From: an uncultured Candidatus Saccharibacteria bacterium
Lineage (GTDB): Bacteria > Patescibacteriota > Minisyncoccia > Phycocordibacterales > PALSA-1337
Assembly (NCBI GenBank): GCA_964389975.1
Contig: CAYMGJ010000003.1
Location: forward strand, 1-54,675
DNA length: 54,675 nt
Direction: 5' to 3'
The translations under genes and the position numbers were made by a program. The notes beneath the pieces are model-generated. The model worked only from the letters and a program-made list of their open reading frames with translations. It searched no databases and had not been told where the DNA came from. This document shows positions 17,141-25,706 of this stretch, piece by piece (position 1 is the stretch's first letter; each line of letters starts with the position of its first letter).

Positions 17141-18970
17141 ATGAGTATATTTTCAAAAATTTTAGGAAAAAAAGAAGAAAAGGAACCTGTGGTTTCTCTC
17201 ATGCCTCAAGAAATCTATGAGGCTGGTGTTCTTGAACTTAAAGACGTCATTGCTCCTTCTGCACTTAAAATTAGTCCTAAGGAGATAAATTTGGGGGAGA
17301 AGGTTGCACGAACATTCTTTGTCATTTCATACCCCAGATTCCTCTCAGAGAGTTGGTTTGCTCCGATCATAAACCTCGACAAGATATTTAATATTTCAAT
17401 ATTTGTTCATCCAGTAGATACAGCAAAGATTCTTCGACATTTCCAAAAGAAAGTTGCTGAGGTTCAAAGTCAGATATCACAAAGAGAGAGAAAGGGACTT
17501 GTTCGAGATCCTATGCTTGATACAGCATATCAAGATCTTGAAGCTCTTCGAGATAATCTCATGCAGGCACAAGAGAAGATATTTGATGTAGGAGTATATA
17601 TAACAATTTTTGGTGATTCAAGTGCTGAACTTGATAAGATAGAGTCTGAAGTTAAGTCAATACTCGAATCAAAGCTCGTATATCTCAAACCAGCACTCTT
17701 CCAGCAGGAGAGTGGTTACAAGAGTGTACTCCCAATTGCTTCAGATGAGCTTAATGTGCATTCAAAACTTAATTCATCTCCTCTTTCAAGTCTTTTTCCC
17801 TTTGTTTCATTTGACCTCACCTCAGACAAGGGAATACTCTATGGTATCAATCGACACAACTCATCACTCGTACTCTTTGACAGGTTCCTTCTTGAAAACT
17901 ATAACTCAGTAACATTTGCAAAAGCTGGATCAGGAAAATCATATTGCACAAAGCTTGAGATATTAAGAACCCTCATGTTTGATACTGAAGTTATTGTTAT
18001 CGACCCCGAAAAAGAATATGAGTATATGGCTGAAGCAACGGGAGGGAAGTACTTTAATATATCCCTCAATTCAGAACACCATATAAATCCATTCGATCTT
18101 CCAGTTCCACGCGAAGATGAGAGTGCGGCTGATGTACTCCGTTCAAATATCATTAATCTTGTGGGTCTTTTTAGAATCATGCTTGGAGGACTTACTCAAG
18201 AAGAAGATGCCATTATCGATCGAGCAATTACCGAAACATATGCACTTAAAGACATAACACCTGAATCAGATTTCAGAAACATTGAACCACCACTTCTTTC
18301 AGACTTTGAACTCGTACTTGCTGGTATGGAAGGTGCTCCGTCTCTCGTAGATATGCTTACCAAGTATACAAAGGGAACATGGTCAGGTTTCATCAATCGT
18401 CCATCGAATGTTGATATCAACAAAAAATTCGTAGTATTCTCACTTCGAGACATGGAAGATGAATTGAAACCTGTTGCAATGTACATTGTTACCCACTATA
18501 TATGGAATGCAATACGTAAAAATCTACGAAAGCGTCTTCTTGTTATCGATGAGGCATGGTGGATGATGAAATCTGAAGATACAGCATCATTTCTCCTCGG
18601 TCTTGCAAAGCGAGGACGAAAGTACTATCTCGGACTTGCAACTATAACTCAGGACGTTGATGACTTTCTTAAGTCACCTTATGGACTTCCCATCATCACT
18701 AACTCATCAATACAAATACTTCTCAAACAATCTCCTTCATCGATTGATAATATACAAAAAACATTCAATCTAACTGATGAAGAAAAATACCTACTCCTTG
18801 AATCAGATGTAGGGGAGGGGATATTCTTCGTTGGACTCAAGCATGTTGCATTGAAAGTTGTTGCCTCATACACAGAAGACCAAATCATCACCACAAACCC
18901 AGCTCAAGTTCTCGCTATTAAGCAAGCAAAACAAAGCTTAGAGCTGGAACAAAATGGAACAACAAGCTAA
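17141..18970 (+). CDS. VirB4/TrsE-like type IV secretion ATPase (cluster gene 7)
   Basis: Walker A is FAKAGSGKSY and Walker B is RLLVIDEAWWMM, with LGLATITQDVDDF downstream. The N-terminal domain carries RTFFVISYPRFL. Length is 609 aa. Confidence 0.85.
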   Translation: MSIFSKILGKKEEKEPVVSLMPQEIYEAGVLELKDVIAPSALKISPKEINLGEKVARTFFVISYPRFLSESWFAPIINLDKIFNISIFVHPVDTAKILRHFQKKVAEVQSQISQRERKGLVRDPMLDTAYQDLEALRDNLMQAQEKIFDVGVYITIFGDSSAELDKIESEVKSILESKLVYLKPALFQQESGYKSVLPIASDELNVHSKLNSSPLSSLFPFVSFDLTSDKGILYGINRHNSSLVLFDRFLLENYNSVTFAKAGSGKSYCTKLEILRTLMFDTEVIVIDPEKEYEYMAEATGGKYFNISLNSEHHINPFDLPVPREDESAADVLRSNIINLVGLFRIMLGGLTQEEDAIIDRAITETYALKDITPESDFRNIEPPLLSDFELVLAGMEGAPSLVDMLTKYTKGTWSGFINRPSNVDINKKFVVFSLRDMEDELKPVAMYIVTHYIWNAIRKNLRKRLLVIDEAWWMMKSEDTASFLLGLAKRGRKYYLGLATITQDVDDFLKSPYGLPIITNSSIQILLKQSPSSIDNIQKTFNLTDEEKYLLLESDVGEGIFFVGLKHVALKVVASYTEDQIITTNPAQVLAIKQAKQSLELEQNGTTS

Positions 18971-19382
18971 TCAGAAAAAACATAAAATAGGGAATATAGG
19001 GGCTGCGGTATTGATAATATCAGCCATAATTGCTGATCTTATAACTCTCATACCACTTGCGGGGGATATCGTGGGGCCACTCTTCTTTATACTTTCCTCT
19101 CTCTATTTCTGGAAAATAGGTTTGGGATTTGCTACAGGACGACGTTTTACAACGAATCTCACTGCCATGATTGCTGAACTCATACCAGGGGTACAAGAAC
19201 TTCCCATGATTGCCATTGGTGCAATTGCAATAGTTATAATGACACGGGCCGAAGAGAAAACAGGTATATCAATGATGAATCTCGGAAAAAAACCAGGAGT
19301 TACACCTCCACGTATACAAAAATCACCACTCAATCAAGGGGGAAAAAGATTGCCTCCTAAGATACAATCTGTGGTAAAATAA
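18954..19382 (+). CDS. Small polytopic membrane protein (cluster gene 8)
   Basis: It overlaps the VirB4-like stop by 17 nt. It has 3-4 hydrophobic helices and a basic Pro-rich tail. Confidence 0.5.
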   Translation: MEQQANQKKHKIGNIGAAVLIISAIIADLITLIPLAGDIVGPLFFILSSLYFWKIGLGFATGRRFTTNLTAMIAELIPGVQELPMIAIGAIAIVIMTRAEEKTGISMMNLGKKPGVTPPRIQKSPLNQGGKRLPPKIQSVVK

Positions 19383-19388
19383 ACATCA

Positions 19389-20429
19389 ATGAAATTGATG
19401 TTTAAATTATCAATATTTACTCTTGTTTTCTTCCTCATATCACTTGTACAAACAAGTATAGTTCACGCTCAACTAGTACCCATTTCCATCGATGGTATTG
19501 ATTTTGTAATTAACCCAGAAAATCCACGACCACGAGACACTGTTACCATACGAGCAGAGAGCTATAGCAGTGATTTACCCTCATCATCATTCGTATGGAG
19601 TGTGAATGGAAAGGTATATAAACAAGGAATTGGTGAGTATAGCATTGATGTGATTGTTCCAGAAATTGGAAATGTTGTTACCATAAAAGCACGAATTCAA
19701 GACACTAAAGGAAAGATAGTGGAAAAGAATATCGAAATACGACCATCTCTTGTTGATATTGTATGGGAATCCCAAAGCTACAAACCTCCATTCTACAAAG
19801 GAAAGAACAATATATCGTATGATGATCAAGTACGACTCATTGCAGTACCCCAGCTTTCTCATGGAGGAGTATCCCTCATTGATCCAAAAACACTTGTATA
19901 TCATTGGAAAATGGGAGGAAAAGATATCGATGGGGGAGTTGGGTATGGAACACAGAGTGTTATTATCCCCATGGGAAATATTCCCAAAGATATAGAAATA
20001 CAAGTTGAAGTAGCTACTCGAGATGGACTCGTAGAGGGTTCTGCATCAACAATATTGAAACCAGCATCTCCATCTGTTGTTTTCTATGAAGAAAGTAGTT
20101 TGTATGGACCTCTTTTTAACAAAGCTCTTGTAAACAAAGTTCCACTAAAAAATTCTGAAATGAAGGTCATTGCAACACCCTTCGGTTTTACCATTAACAA
20201 AAACAGAAATGATGTAAGTTATATCTGGTCAATAAATAGTGTGGATCAGGAAGATCTTGCTGGAAACAAAAGTGTGACCATACGAGCAAAAGGGGATACT
20301 GAGGGGTCTTCATTAATCAATCTTCGTATGAGAAATGTGGAACAAATACTCCAAGGTGCTGAGAACTTTGTAACCATATACTACAGCAAGAGAAATCTAG
20401 AATCTGAACCAACAGAACCAATATTCTAA
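19389..20429 (+). CDS. Secreted beta-rich protein with three internal repeats (cluster gene 9)
   Basis: The signal peptide ends VHA/QL. Three modules each contain an aromatic-W pattern (FVWSVNG, VYHWKMGG, SYIWSINS). Confidence 0.5.
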   Translation: MKLMFKLSIFTLVFFLISLVQTSIVHAQLVPISIDGIDFVINPENPRPRDTVTIRAESYSSDLPSSSFVWSVNGKVYKQGIGEYSIDVIVPEIGNVVTIKARIQDTKGKIVEKNIEIRPSLVDIVWESQSYKPPFYKGKNNISYDDQVRLIAVPQLSHGGVSLIDPKTLVYHWKMGGKDIDGGVGYGTQSVIIPMGNIPKDIEIQVEVATRDGLVEGSASTILKPASPSVVFYEESSLYGPLFNKALVNKVPLKNSEMKVIATPFGFTINKNRNDVSYIWSINSVDQEDLAGNKSVTIRAKGDTEGSSLINLRMRNVEQILQGAENFVTIYYSKRNLESEPTEPIF

Positions 20430-20433
20430 ATAT

Positions 20434-21522
20434 ATGAAAAAAATACTTATATACATAATCATACTCTGCGCACTTCTCCCCTTAAAAACTGAGGCACAGA
20501 AGTATACGCTACTTGAGCCATTACCTTGTATTCCAGAAGCAGGGACAAACTGTGCTCCAGGTGAAACAATCAAAGAAATCAATATAGTTGGATTTGTTGG
20601 GTATGTCTTCAAATTCTCAATCGCTCTTGCCGCTTTTCTCGCAGTTCTCATGATTATGTGGGGAGGCTTTGAGTACGTAATGAGTGAAACACCTTTTGGA
20701 AAAAGTGATGGAAAAGAGAGGATTACAAATGCCATAGTAGGTCTTCTTGGAATTCTTTCTTCATATCTTATACTTGCAACAATAGATCCAAGACTTGTTG
20801 AAATATATACCGATATACCACCAATACAAATAGATACGAGGGATGCAGTTTCGTTTCAAAGACAACTTGAGAGCAATATATCAACTCTAGGTGAAGAGAG
20901 TAGGCTGGAATCATTAAAAATTGAGGGGGATATTAAAAAAAATACTGAGAAAATAAAAGGGTTTGAGGCTCAAAACGAAGCAATCGGACTTTCTGAGGAA
21001 GAAGAGAAGGAATACCAAAGATTGAAAGAAGAAACTCGAATTCTTAAATCGAACCAAATCAAGGTAATAGCTAATGGCGCAATGGATATACAGCTAAAAA
21101 TTGCCCTTGAAAATGCTTCTAGTGATAAATTTATAGGTGACAAAGATACAAAGGCAAGAGTCGATGATGCTTTAAGAGTTATAAATCAACAATACGATAC
21201 TTATAGCCTAAAATTTAGAGAAATAAATGACCCAGCTGCTGAAACAGAGCTCATGCTTAGAAAAAGTTTCTATGTCGACCAAATATACCAAGAGAAGGGC
21301 TTGAATGAACTTCTGTGGAAATATGAAGGAAATGATTTGAAATATATATCAGAAGTCAAAACTCTAAAAGATACGTATTCAAAAAAATTAGAGGAACTCG
21401 AAGATCCATTAAAAAGTGAGGACGAGGCTTCGGGAAAAAAACAAGACCCGGCTCTAAGAAATTTGCACATATCGATTTTGAAAAGCAGATTGGAGAAAAT
21501 AAATAAAGCATTAACAGAATAG
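20434..21522 (+). CDS. VirB2/TrbC-like pilin-fold N-terminal domain fused to a long coiled-coil extension (cluster gene 10)
   Basis: The order is: signal peptide, a Cys-containing loop (LPCIPEAGTNC), two hydrophobic helices (FSIALAAFLAVLMIMWGGFEYV and AIVGLLGILSSYLILATI), and about 230 aa of charged heptad-like sequence. Confidence 0.55.
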   Translation: MKKILIYIIILCALLPLKTEAQKYTLLEPLPCIPEAGTNCAPGETIKEINIVGFVGYVFKFSIALAAFLAVLMIMWGGFEYVMSETPFGKSDGKERITNAIVGLLGILSSYLILATIDPRLVEIYTDIPPIQIDTRDAVSFQRQLESNISTLGEESRLESLKIEGDIKKNTEKIKGFEAQNEAIGLSEEEEKEYQRLKEETRILKSNQIKVIANGAMDIQLKIALENASSDKFIGDKDTKARVDDALRVINQQYDTYSLKFREINDPAAETELMLRKSFYVDQIYQEKGLNELLWKYEGNDLKYISEVKTLKDTYSKKLEELEDPLKSEDEASGKKQDPALRNLHISILKSRLEKINKALTE

Positions 21523-21527
21523 TAGAT

Positions 21528-22796
21528 ATGAAAAAAACCATATACATCATAATAACCCTTCTCATAATAGCCCTCATCGGAGGGGGAGTATATTGGTTTT
21601 TCTTTATGCAAACAGGCATACCAGATACTACAAATGACGAGGGAACTTCAAAATCAAATATATTTAATCCTTTTAAAAGAAACACCGTCACGCCGTCACC
21701 AGTACAAACAACACAGCAATCAACATCTACAGTCGATGATATTGTTGATGAATTTGTCCCTACAAAAATACCTGCATTGAGAAAACTAAGCTCTGCTCCA
21801 GTAGGAGGTATGGCAGCAAGTACCACTGCATCTTCAACAATCGTGCGTTTCATAGATCGTGGGGTGGGGCACATATCCGAGGCCCGGGATACGAGCAATA
21901 CCATAGACAAGATATCAAACACCACCATACCAAAGGTATATGATAGTTTTTGGAACAAGAACCTCACAGCACTTGTACTACGATATCTTAAGGAAGACTC
22001 TGAAACAGTGGTTAACTTCTATGCCGAACTACGTCAGACAGGAACAAGTACAGCAACAAGTACATCGATAACTCCGTATGAACTCAAGGGAAAGTACCTT
22101 TCTGCTGATATACAAGAAATTGCAGTATCACCTCTAAAAGACAAAATATTCACATGGAATATAGAGAACGGAAAGGGGGTTGGATACATAAGTAGTTTTG
22201 ACGAGAAAACAAAGATAAAAATATTTGAAACTCCAATTACCGAAGCTCTTGTAGAGTGGCCTGAGATTTCTAAAATCTTCGTAACAACAAAAGCATCTGC
22301 ATATGCAACAGGACATGTATATACAGTCGATACAAAGACAGGAACATTTAAGAAGGTATTTGGTGGTCCTCGTGGTCTTGCAACGAAAGCAAGTAAAGAT
22401 CTTTCTAAGCTCCTATATTCTCAAGGAACTCAAGACTCAATACTTCTTAGTCTTCTCAATCTAAAAGATAATAAATCACAGAACCTTCTCATTCGAACTC
22501 TTGCTGATAAGTGTGTGTGGAGTTCATATCATAAAGAAGACATATATTGTGCTGTACCAACAGAAATACCTCAAGGAATCTATCCTGATGATTGGTATCG
22601 TGGCACCGTTTCATTTGTTGATGAAATTTGGCACATTGACTCAACAACAGGGGAGGTACATCTTCTTGCCAAACTTCTTAGTGCTGGCGATGCCCTTATC
22701 GACGCAACAAACCTTACACTTGATGACAAGGACAATTACCTTTACTTCATAAATAAAAGAGACCTTAGTTTATGGTCTCTTGATCTCAACAATTAG
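21528..22796 (+). CDS. N-terminally anchored hypothetical protein, possibly beta-propeller-like (cluster gene 11)
   Basis: It has one N-terminal transmembrane helix (IIITLLIIALIGGGVYWFFF), a Thr/Ser-rich linker and a beta-rich C-terminus. Its stop overlaps the convergent yidC stop by 4 nt. Confidence 0.5.
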   Translation: MKKTIYIIITLLIIALIGGGVYWFFFMQTGIPDTTNDEGTSKSNIFNPFKRNTVTPSPVQTTQQSTSTVDDIVDEFVPTKIPALRKLSSAPVGGMAASTTASSTIVRFIDRGVGHISEARDTSNTIDKISNTTIPKVYDSFWNKNLTALVLRYLKEDSETVVNFYAELRQTGTSTATSTSITPYELKGKYLSADIQEIAVSPLKDKIFTWNIENGKGVGYISSFDEKTKIKIFETPITEALVEWPEISKIFVTTKASAYATGHVYTVDTKTGTFKKVFGGPRGLATKASKDLSKLLYSQGTQDSILLSLLNLKDNKSQNLLIRTLADKCVWSSYHKEDIYCAVPTEIPQGIYPDDWYRGTVSFVDEIWHIDSTTGEVHLLAKLLSAGDALIDATNLTLDDKDNYLYFINKRDLSLWSLDLNN

Positions 22797-23515
22797 AGAG
22801 GTTGGTGATTTTTAAGATGTTTCCTTACAATAAGCTCTTGTCCGAGGGTAAACAAACTACTTACTGTCCAATAGATAGCAACTACAGCAGATATCTTGTA
22901 TGAGATAAAGAAAATCATAACAGGAAATATATATTTCATAGTCTTTGCCATGTTCTGAGCCATATCAAGCTGGGGATTTCCTGAAGGTTTTCCATTTGAT
23001 GTTGCTGATACAGAATAGTGAAGTTGAAGATACTGAGAAAGTGCCGCAATGAGAGATATGGGGATACTTCGTACAGAAACGTCAACAAAACCGAGAAAAT
23101 GCATATCAATAACCGGTGATGTTACAAAACTATAGAGAAGTTCTGACTTTATCTCAGGCAATCCAGATTTTACAAAAATAGAGTAGAGGGCCCAGATAAT
23201 AGGGAGCTGGATAAAGAGAACGAGAAAGCTTGAAAAGGGGTTTACCCCTTTTTCTTTGTAAAGGGCCATCACCTTAAGAGCTTGTTGCTGTTTGTCAGGA
23301 ACTTCGTTTTTTAAACGATTAAGCTCTGGTTCAATCTCTTTCATACGAACCTGGGTTACAATAGCCTTCTTTGAAAGGGGAAAGAGGACAAGGCGTATAA
23401 TTATTGTGAAGATGATAACTGCAATACCTGCATCCATCCATGGAAAGACATCGAGAAGGTAGATAAGACCATTATAAAGGGGATTGAAAATGAAAGTTGA
23501 GTATAAATGTAACAT
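22793..23515 (-). CDS. yidC: Membrane protein insertase YidC (short Gram-positive-type form)
   Basis: AVIIFTIIIRLVLFPLSKK, MALYKEKGVNPFSS and the position downstream of rnpA support the call. Confidence 0.9.
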   Translation of the reverse strand: MLHLYSTFIFNPLYNGLIYLLDVFPWMDAGIAVIIFTIIIRLVLFPLSKKAIVTQVRMKEIEPELNRLKNEVPDKQQQALKVMALYKEKGVNPFSSFLVLFIQLPIIWALYSIFVKSGLPEIKSELLYSFVTSPVIDMHFLGFVDVSVRSIPISLIAALSQYLQLHYSVSATSNGKPSGNPQLDMAQNMAKTMKYIFPVMIFFISYKISAVVAIYWTVSSLFTLGQELIVRKHLKNHQPL

Positions 23516-23527
23516 AATGGATTAATT

Positions 23528-23863
23528 CTACTTTAAAAGATCTGCTTTCACAAAGTTTTTATGTATTTCACCATAAAAATCTGTGAGGGATAGTTTCTCA
23601 GCACCTTGTTTTATAATCACAATAACAAGAAACCCCTCTTTCAAACTAGGGGAGAGAGATCTTATGAGACTATAGGTTCTTCGACGTAGCTTGTTACGTA
23701 ATACTGCGGTATGAGCAACTTTTTTGGGAACAGACACCGCATATCTACTACTCGAATCATGTTCGAGTAATTTAATTGAAGAAAAAGAACAATGGGTAGA
23801 TTGTCCTTTTTCTATAATCTCTGCAAATAATTCTGTTGTAAGCCTCTTTGAGTGAGGGAGCAT
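23528..23863 (-). CDS. rnpA: Ribonuclease P protein component
   Basis: It is 111 aa and basic, contains AVLRNKLRRR, and has the conserved rpmH-rnpA-yidC synteny. Confidence 0.85.
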   Translation of the reverse strand: MLPHSKRLTTELFAEIIEKGQSTHCSFSSIKLLEHDSSSRYAVSVPKKVAHTAVLRNKLRRRTYSLIRSLSPSLKEGFLVIVIIKQGAEKLSLTDFYGEIHKNFVKADLLK

Positions 23864-23864
23864 A

Positions 23865-23999
23865 CTATACAGCTATTTTCTTTCGGCCTTTTTGTCGGCG
23901 TCGCTTCAAAACATTACGTCCTGTACTTGATTTTGATCGTACAAGAAATCCATGTGTCTTAGCTCGCTTTCTTTTCTTTGGTTGATATGTAAATGACAT
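23865..23999 (-). CDS. rpmH: 50S ribosomal protein L34
   Basis: [44 protein letters not shown] (44 aa). The track ORF extends spuriously to 24059, across the DnaA boxes. Confidence 0.9.
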   Translation of the reverse strand: MSFTYQPKKRKRAKTHGFLVRSKSSTGRNVLKRRRQKGRKKIAV

Positions 24000-24019
24000 A
24001 GTGATACCACTATACACCA

Positions 24020-24058
24020 TAATCCACAGGTTATCAACATACTTATTACATTTCCACA
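24020..24058 (+). promoter_or_regulatory. DnaA-box cluster in the rpmH-dnaA intergenic region
   Basis: TAATCCACA at 24020-24028 and TTATCAACA at 24031-24039 each differ from TTATCCACA at one position. ATTTCCACA at 24050-24058 differs at two. An AT-rich tract follows. Confidence 0.65.
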
Positions 24059-24122
24059 AGTTTGTTATTTTATAAACAAGTATATACTTAATGTATTATT
24101 TTTTTACTACCTTCACACTATC

Positions 24123-25469
24123 ATGAAAGAACACATAGAATTATGGGAGCGTGCACTTGTTGAAATAGAATTAGCTGTCTCACAAGCCAACTTTTCTACA
24201 TGGTTCAATGGAACTTACATCATTAAAAATGAAGAGGGAACTATATTTCTTGGAGTACCAAACTCTTTCATCCAAGAATGGCTCTATAAGAAATTTCACA
24301 ATACCATTTTACGCACCCTAAGGAACCTCAATCCGAATGTACGAGCTCTTGAATACACCATAGTAAAAGATGCTGAGAAGAAGAAAGAAGAGGAGAAGAA
24401 AAAGGCTCAATTTAGCCCTACTATATCAATGCCTCTTCAAGATTTCTATGTGAACAAGGAGGACAACTTAAATCCTCGCTATATCTTCGACTCTTTTGTT
24501 GTAGGACCATTTAATGAATTACCGTATGCAGCATCAAAAGCTGTGGTTAAAAACCCTGGAGGAACGTATAATCCACTCTTTATCTACGGAAATACAGGAC
24601 ATGGAAAGACACATCTCATCCAAGCGATAGGGAATCATATAAAGAAGGATTTTCCTCATAAAAAAGTTTTCTATCTAACATCAGAGAGATTTGGAACTGA
24701 GTATTTAGCTTCACTTCAAACCAATACAGCTCATAAGTTTAAGGAGAAATACAGAAAGTATGATGTCATCATCATGGACGATATTCAATTCTTCTCAAGT
24801 AAGGAGAAATTTCAGGAGGAACTTTTCCATCTCTTTGAAACCTTCTATCAAACCAATAGACAATTAGTATTTTCTTCAGATAAGCACCCGAATTTCATTC
24901 CAGGACTTGAAGATCGTTTGAAATCAAGATTTGGCGCAGGAATGATCATAGATATTCCAGCACCTGACAATGAATCTCGTATGGCTATATTTAAAGCCAA
25001 GTTTTTAGCAAACAATATAGACCTTACCCCAGATATTATTGAGTTTCTTGCTCTTAATATTGAGAGTAATGTTCGTGAAATGGAGGGAATTGTAAATGCA
25101 GTTGTGTGTCAAACTCAATTAAAAAATAGACCTTTGTCTCTTAATGAGATAAAGGGGCTCATAAAAAACAGTACGAAACCAAAGAAAAACATATCTATAA
25201 AGGATGTTATAAAGATAATATCTGATTTCTATAATATCCCCGAAGAAAGTGTCTATGATAAAACAAGAAAGAAGGAGGTTGTTAAACCTCGTCAAATCAT
25301 CATGTATATTCTTCGAGAAGACTTAAACATCTCATTCCCTTCGATAGGGGACAAGATGGGAGGACGAGATCACACAACAGTGATTCACTCATGTGAGAAG
25401 GTTAAGGAGGATCTCAAAACAGATCCTACCCTTATGAGTGAGATTGCTCAGATACGAGCAATGCTGTAA
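24123..25469 (+). CDS. dnaA: Chromosomal replication initiator protein DnaA
   Basis: It has the AAA+ Walker A IYGNTGHGKTHL, Walker B DVIIMDDIQF and a C-terminal DNA-binding domain (GGRDHTTVIHSCEKV). Confidence 0.95.
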   Translation: MKEHIELWERALVEIELAVSQANFSTWFNGTYIIKNEEGTIFLGVPNSFIQEWLYKKFHNTILRTLRNLNPNVRALEYTIVKDAEKKKEEEKKKAQFSPTISMPLQDFYVNKEDNLNPRYIFDSFVVGPFNELPYAASKAVVKNPGGTYNPLFIYGNTGHGKTHLIQAIGNHIKKDFPHKKVFYLTSERFGTEYLASLQTNTAHKFKEKYRKYDVIIMDDIQFFSSKEKFQEELFHLFETFYQTNRQLVFSSDKHPNFIPGLEDRLKSRFGAGMIIDIPAPDNESRMAIFKAKFLANNIDLTPDIIEFLALNIESNVREMEGIVNAVVCQTQLKNRPLSLNEIKGLIKNSTKPKKNISIKDVIKIISDFYNIPEESVYDKTRKKEVVKPRQIIMYILREDLNISFPSIGDKMGGRDHTTVIHSCEKVKEDLKTDPTLMSEIAQIRAML

Positions 25470-25473
25470 ATGT

Positions 25474-25700
25474 AGTGGATATCCTGTGGGGAAGTTGGGA
25501 GAATTCCTGTGATATCTTTGTGGAGAAAAAAGAATAACTTGAGGATTTCCCACATACACCACAAAGTTGTTAAAAATAGGGTACAATATATCAACAAGAG
25601 CACATTCCAAGAAACACCTCTGATAAGCCATTAATTTGAGTTATCCACCTATCCACAGGACTAATAATAGTAATAGTATTTAATTATAGATATAAAGAGA
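25474..25700. promoter_or_regulatory. Probable oriC: DnaA-box cluster plus an AT-rich unwinding element between dnaA and dnaN
   Basis: Tandem boxes TTATCCACC at 25641-25649 and CTATCCACA at 25649-25657 are present. TTCTCCACA lies on the minus strand at 25519-25527. Weaker boxes lie at 25474-25482, 25485-25493 and 25546-25554. The AT-rich run is aataatagtaatagtatttaattatagatataaag at 25663-25697. Confidence 0.7.
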
Positions 25701-25706
25701 ATAACT

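Noticed and set aside
10961-22796. I considered calling the cluster a conjugative element (ICE or plasmid remnant), and the palindrome at 10937 an oriT.
   Set aside because: No relaxase, coupling protein, integrase, partition genes or flanking repeats are present in the window. Without a relaxase, an oriT assignment has no support.
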